Made by a program: the position numbers and the translations under genes. Shown here piece after piece: positions 63,961 through 64,000 of a stretch of DNA of 64,000 nt. The first letter of the stretch is position 1, and each line of letters begins with the position of its first letter. A model generated the notes under the pieces. The model saw only the letters and a list, made by a program, of their open reading frames with translations, was not told where the DNA came from and ran no database searches. The stretch is from Malacoraja senta (lineage: Eukaryota), in the NCBI GenBank assembly GCA_038087875.1, contig CM075980.1, positions 47,492,001 through 47,556,000 on the forward strand, given 5' to 3'.

Positions 63961-64000
63961 AGGCCCAAGTGGAATAGGCTTCATAAAGAATTGTGTGGAT

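Overview
This is eukaryotic, AT-rich, largely non-coding DNA with two assembly gaps (N runs at 52716-53030 and 62946-63200). The repeat content points to a cartilaginous fish, most likely a skate or ray (inference). It includes HE1/V-SINE-type SINEs with CR1 tails, many CR1 3' ends, Penelope-like GIY-YIG fragments and their fold-back terminal repeats, and Rex1/Babar and RTE relics. I recognise no host protein-coding gene. Nearly all listed ORFs are transposon fragments or chance ORFs, and there are only two weak minus-strand exon candidates near the left end. The notable structures are all in the mobilome: (1) a non-autonomous Helitron family with TC...hairpin-CTAG ends, internal minisatellites and a promoter-like 5' module, where one element looks split into two inverted, overlapping halves, suggesting a ~4.5-kb inversion; (2) a young 5'-truncated Vingi-like LINE with a 12-bp TSD; (3) a ~450-bp internally deleted HERO-like retroelement with a base-paired 3' end; (4) a tRNA-Phe/CR1-tail chimera; (5) minimal hammerhead-like cores in Penelope terminal repeats; (6) four MITEs sharing a TGTCCCACTT terminal core and an internal 20-bp palindrome; (7) a retroviral integrase relic lacking its catalytic core. 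Family names come from recalled motifs, not database searches, and boundaries of old repeats are approximate.
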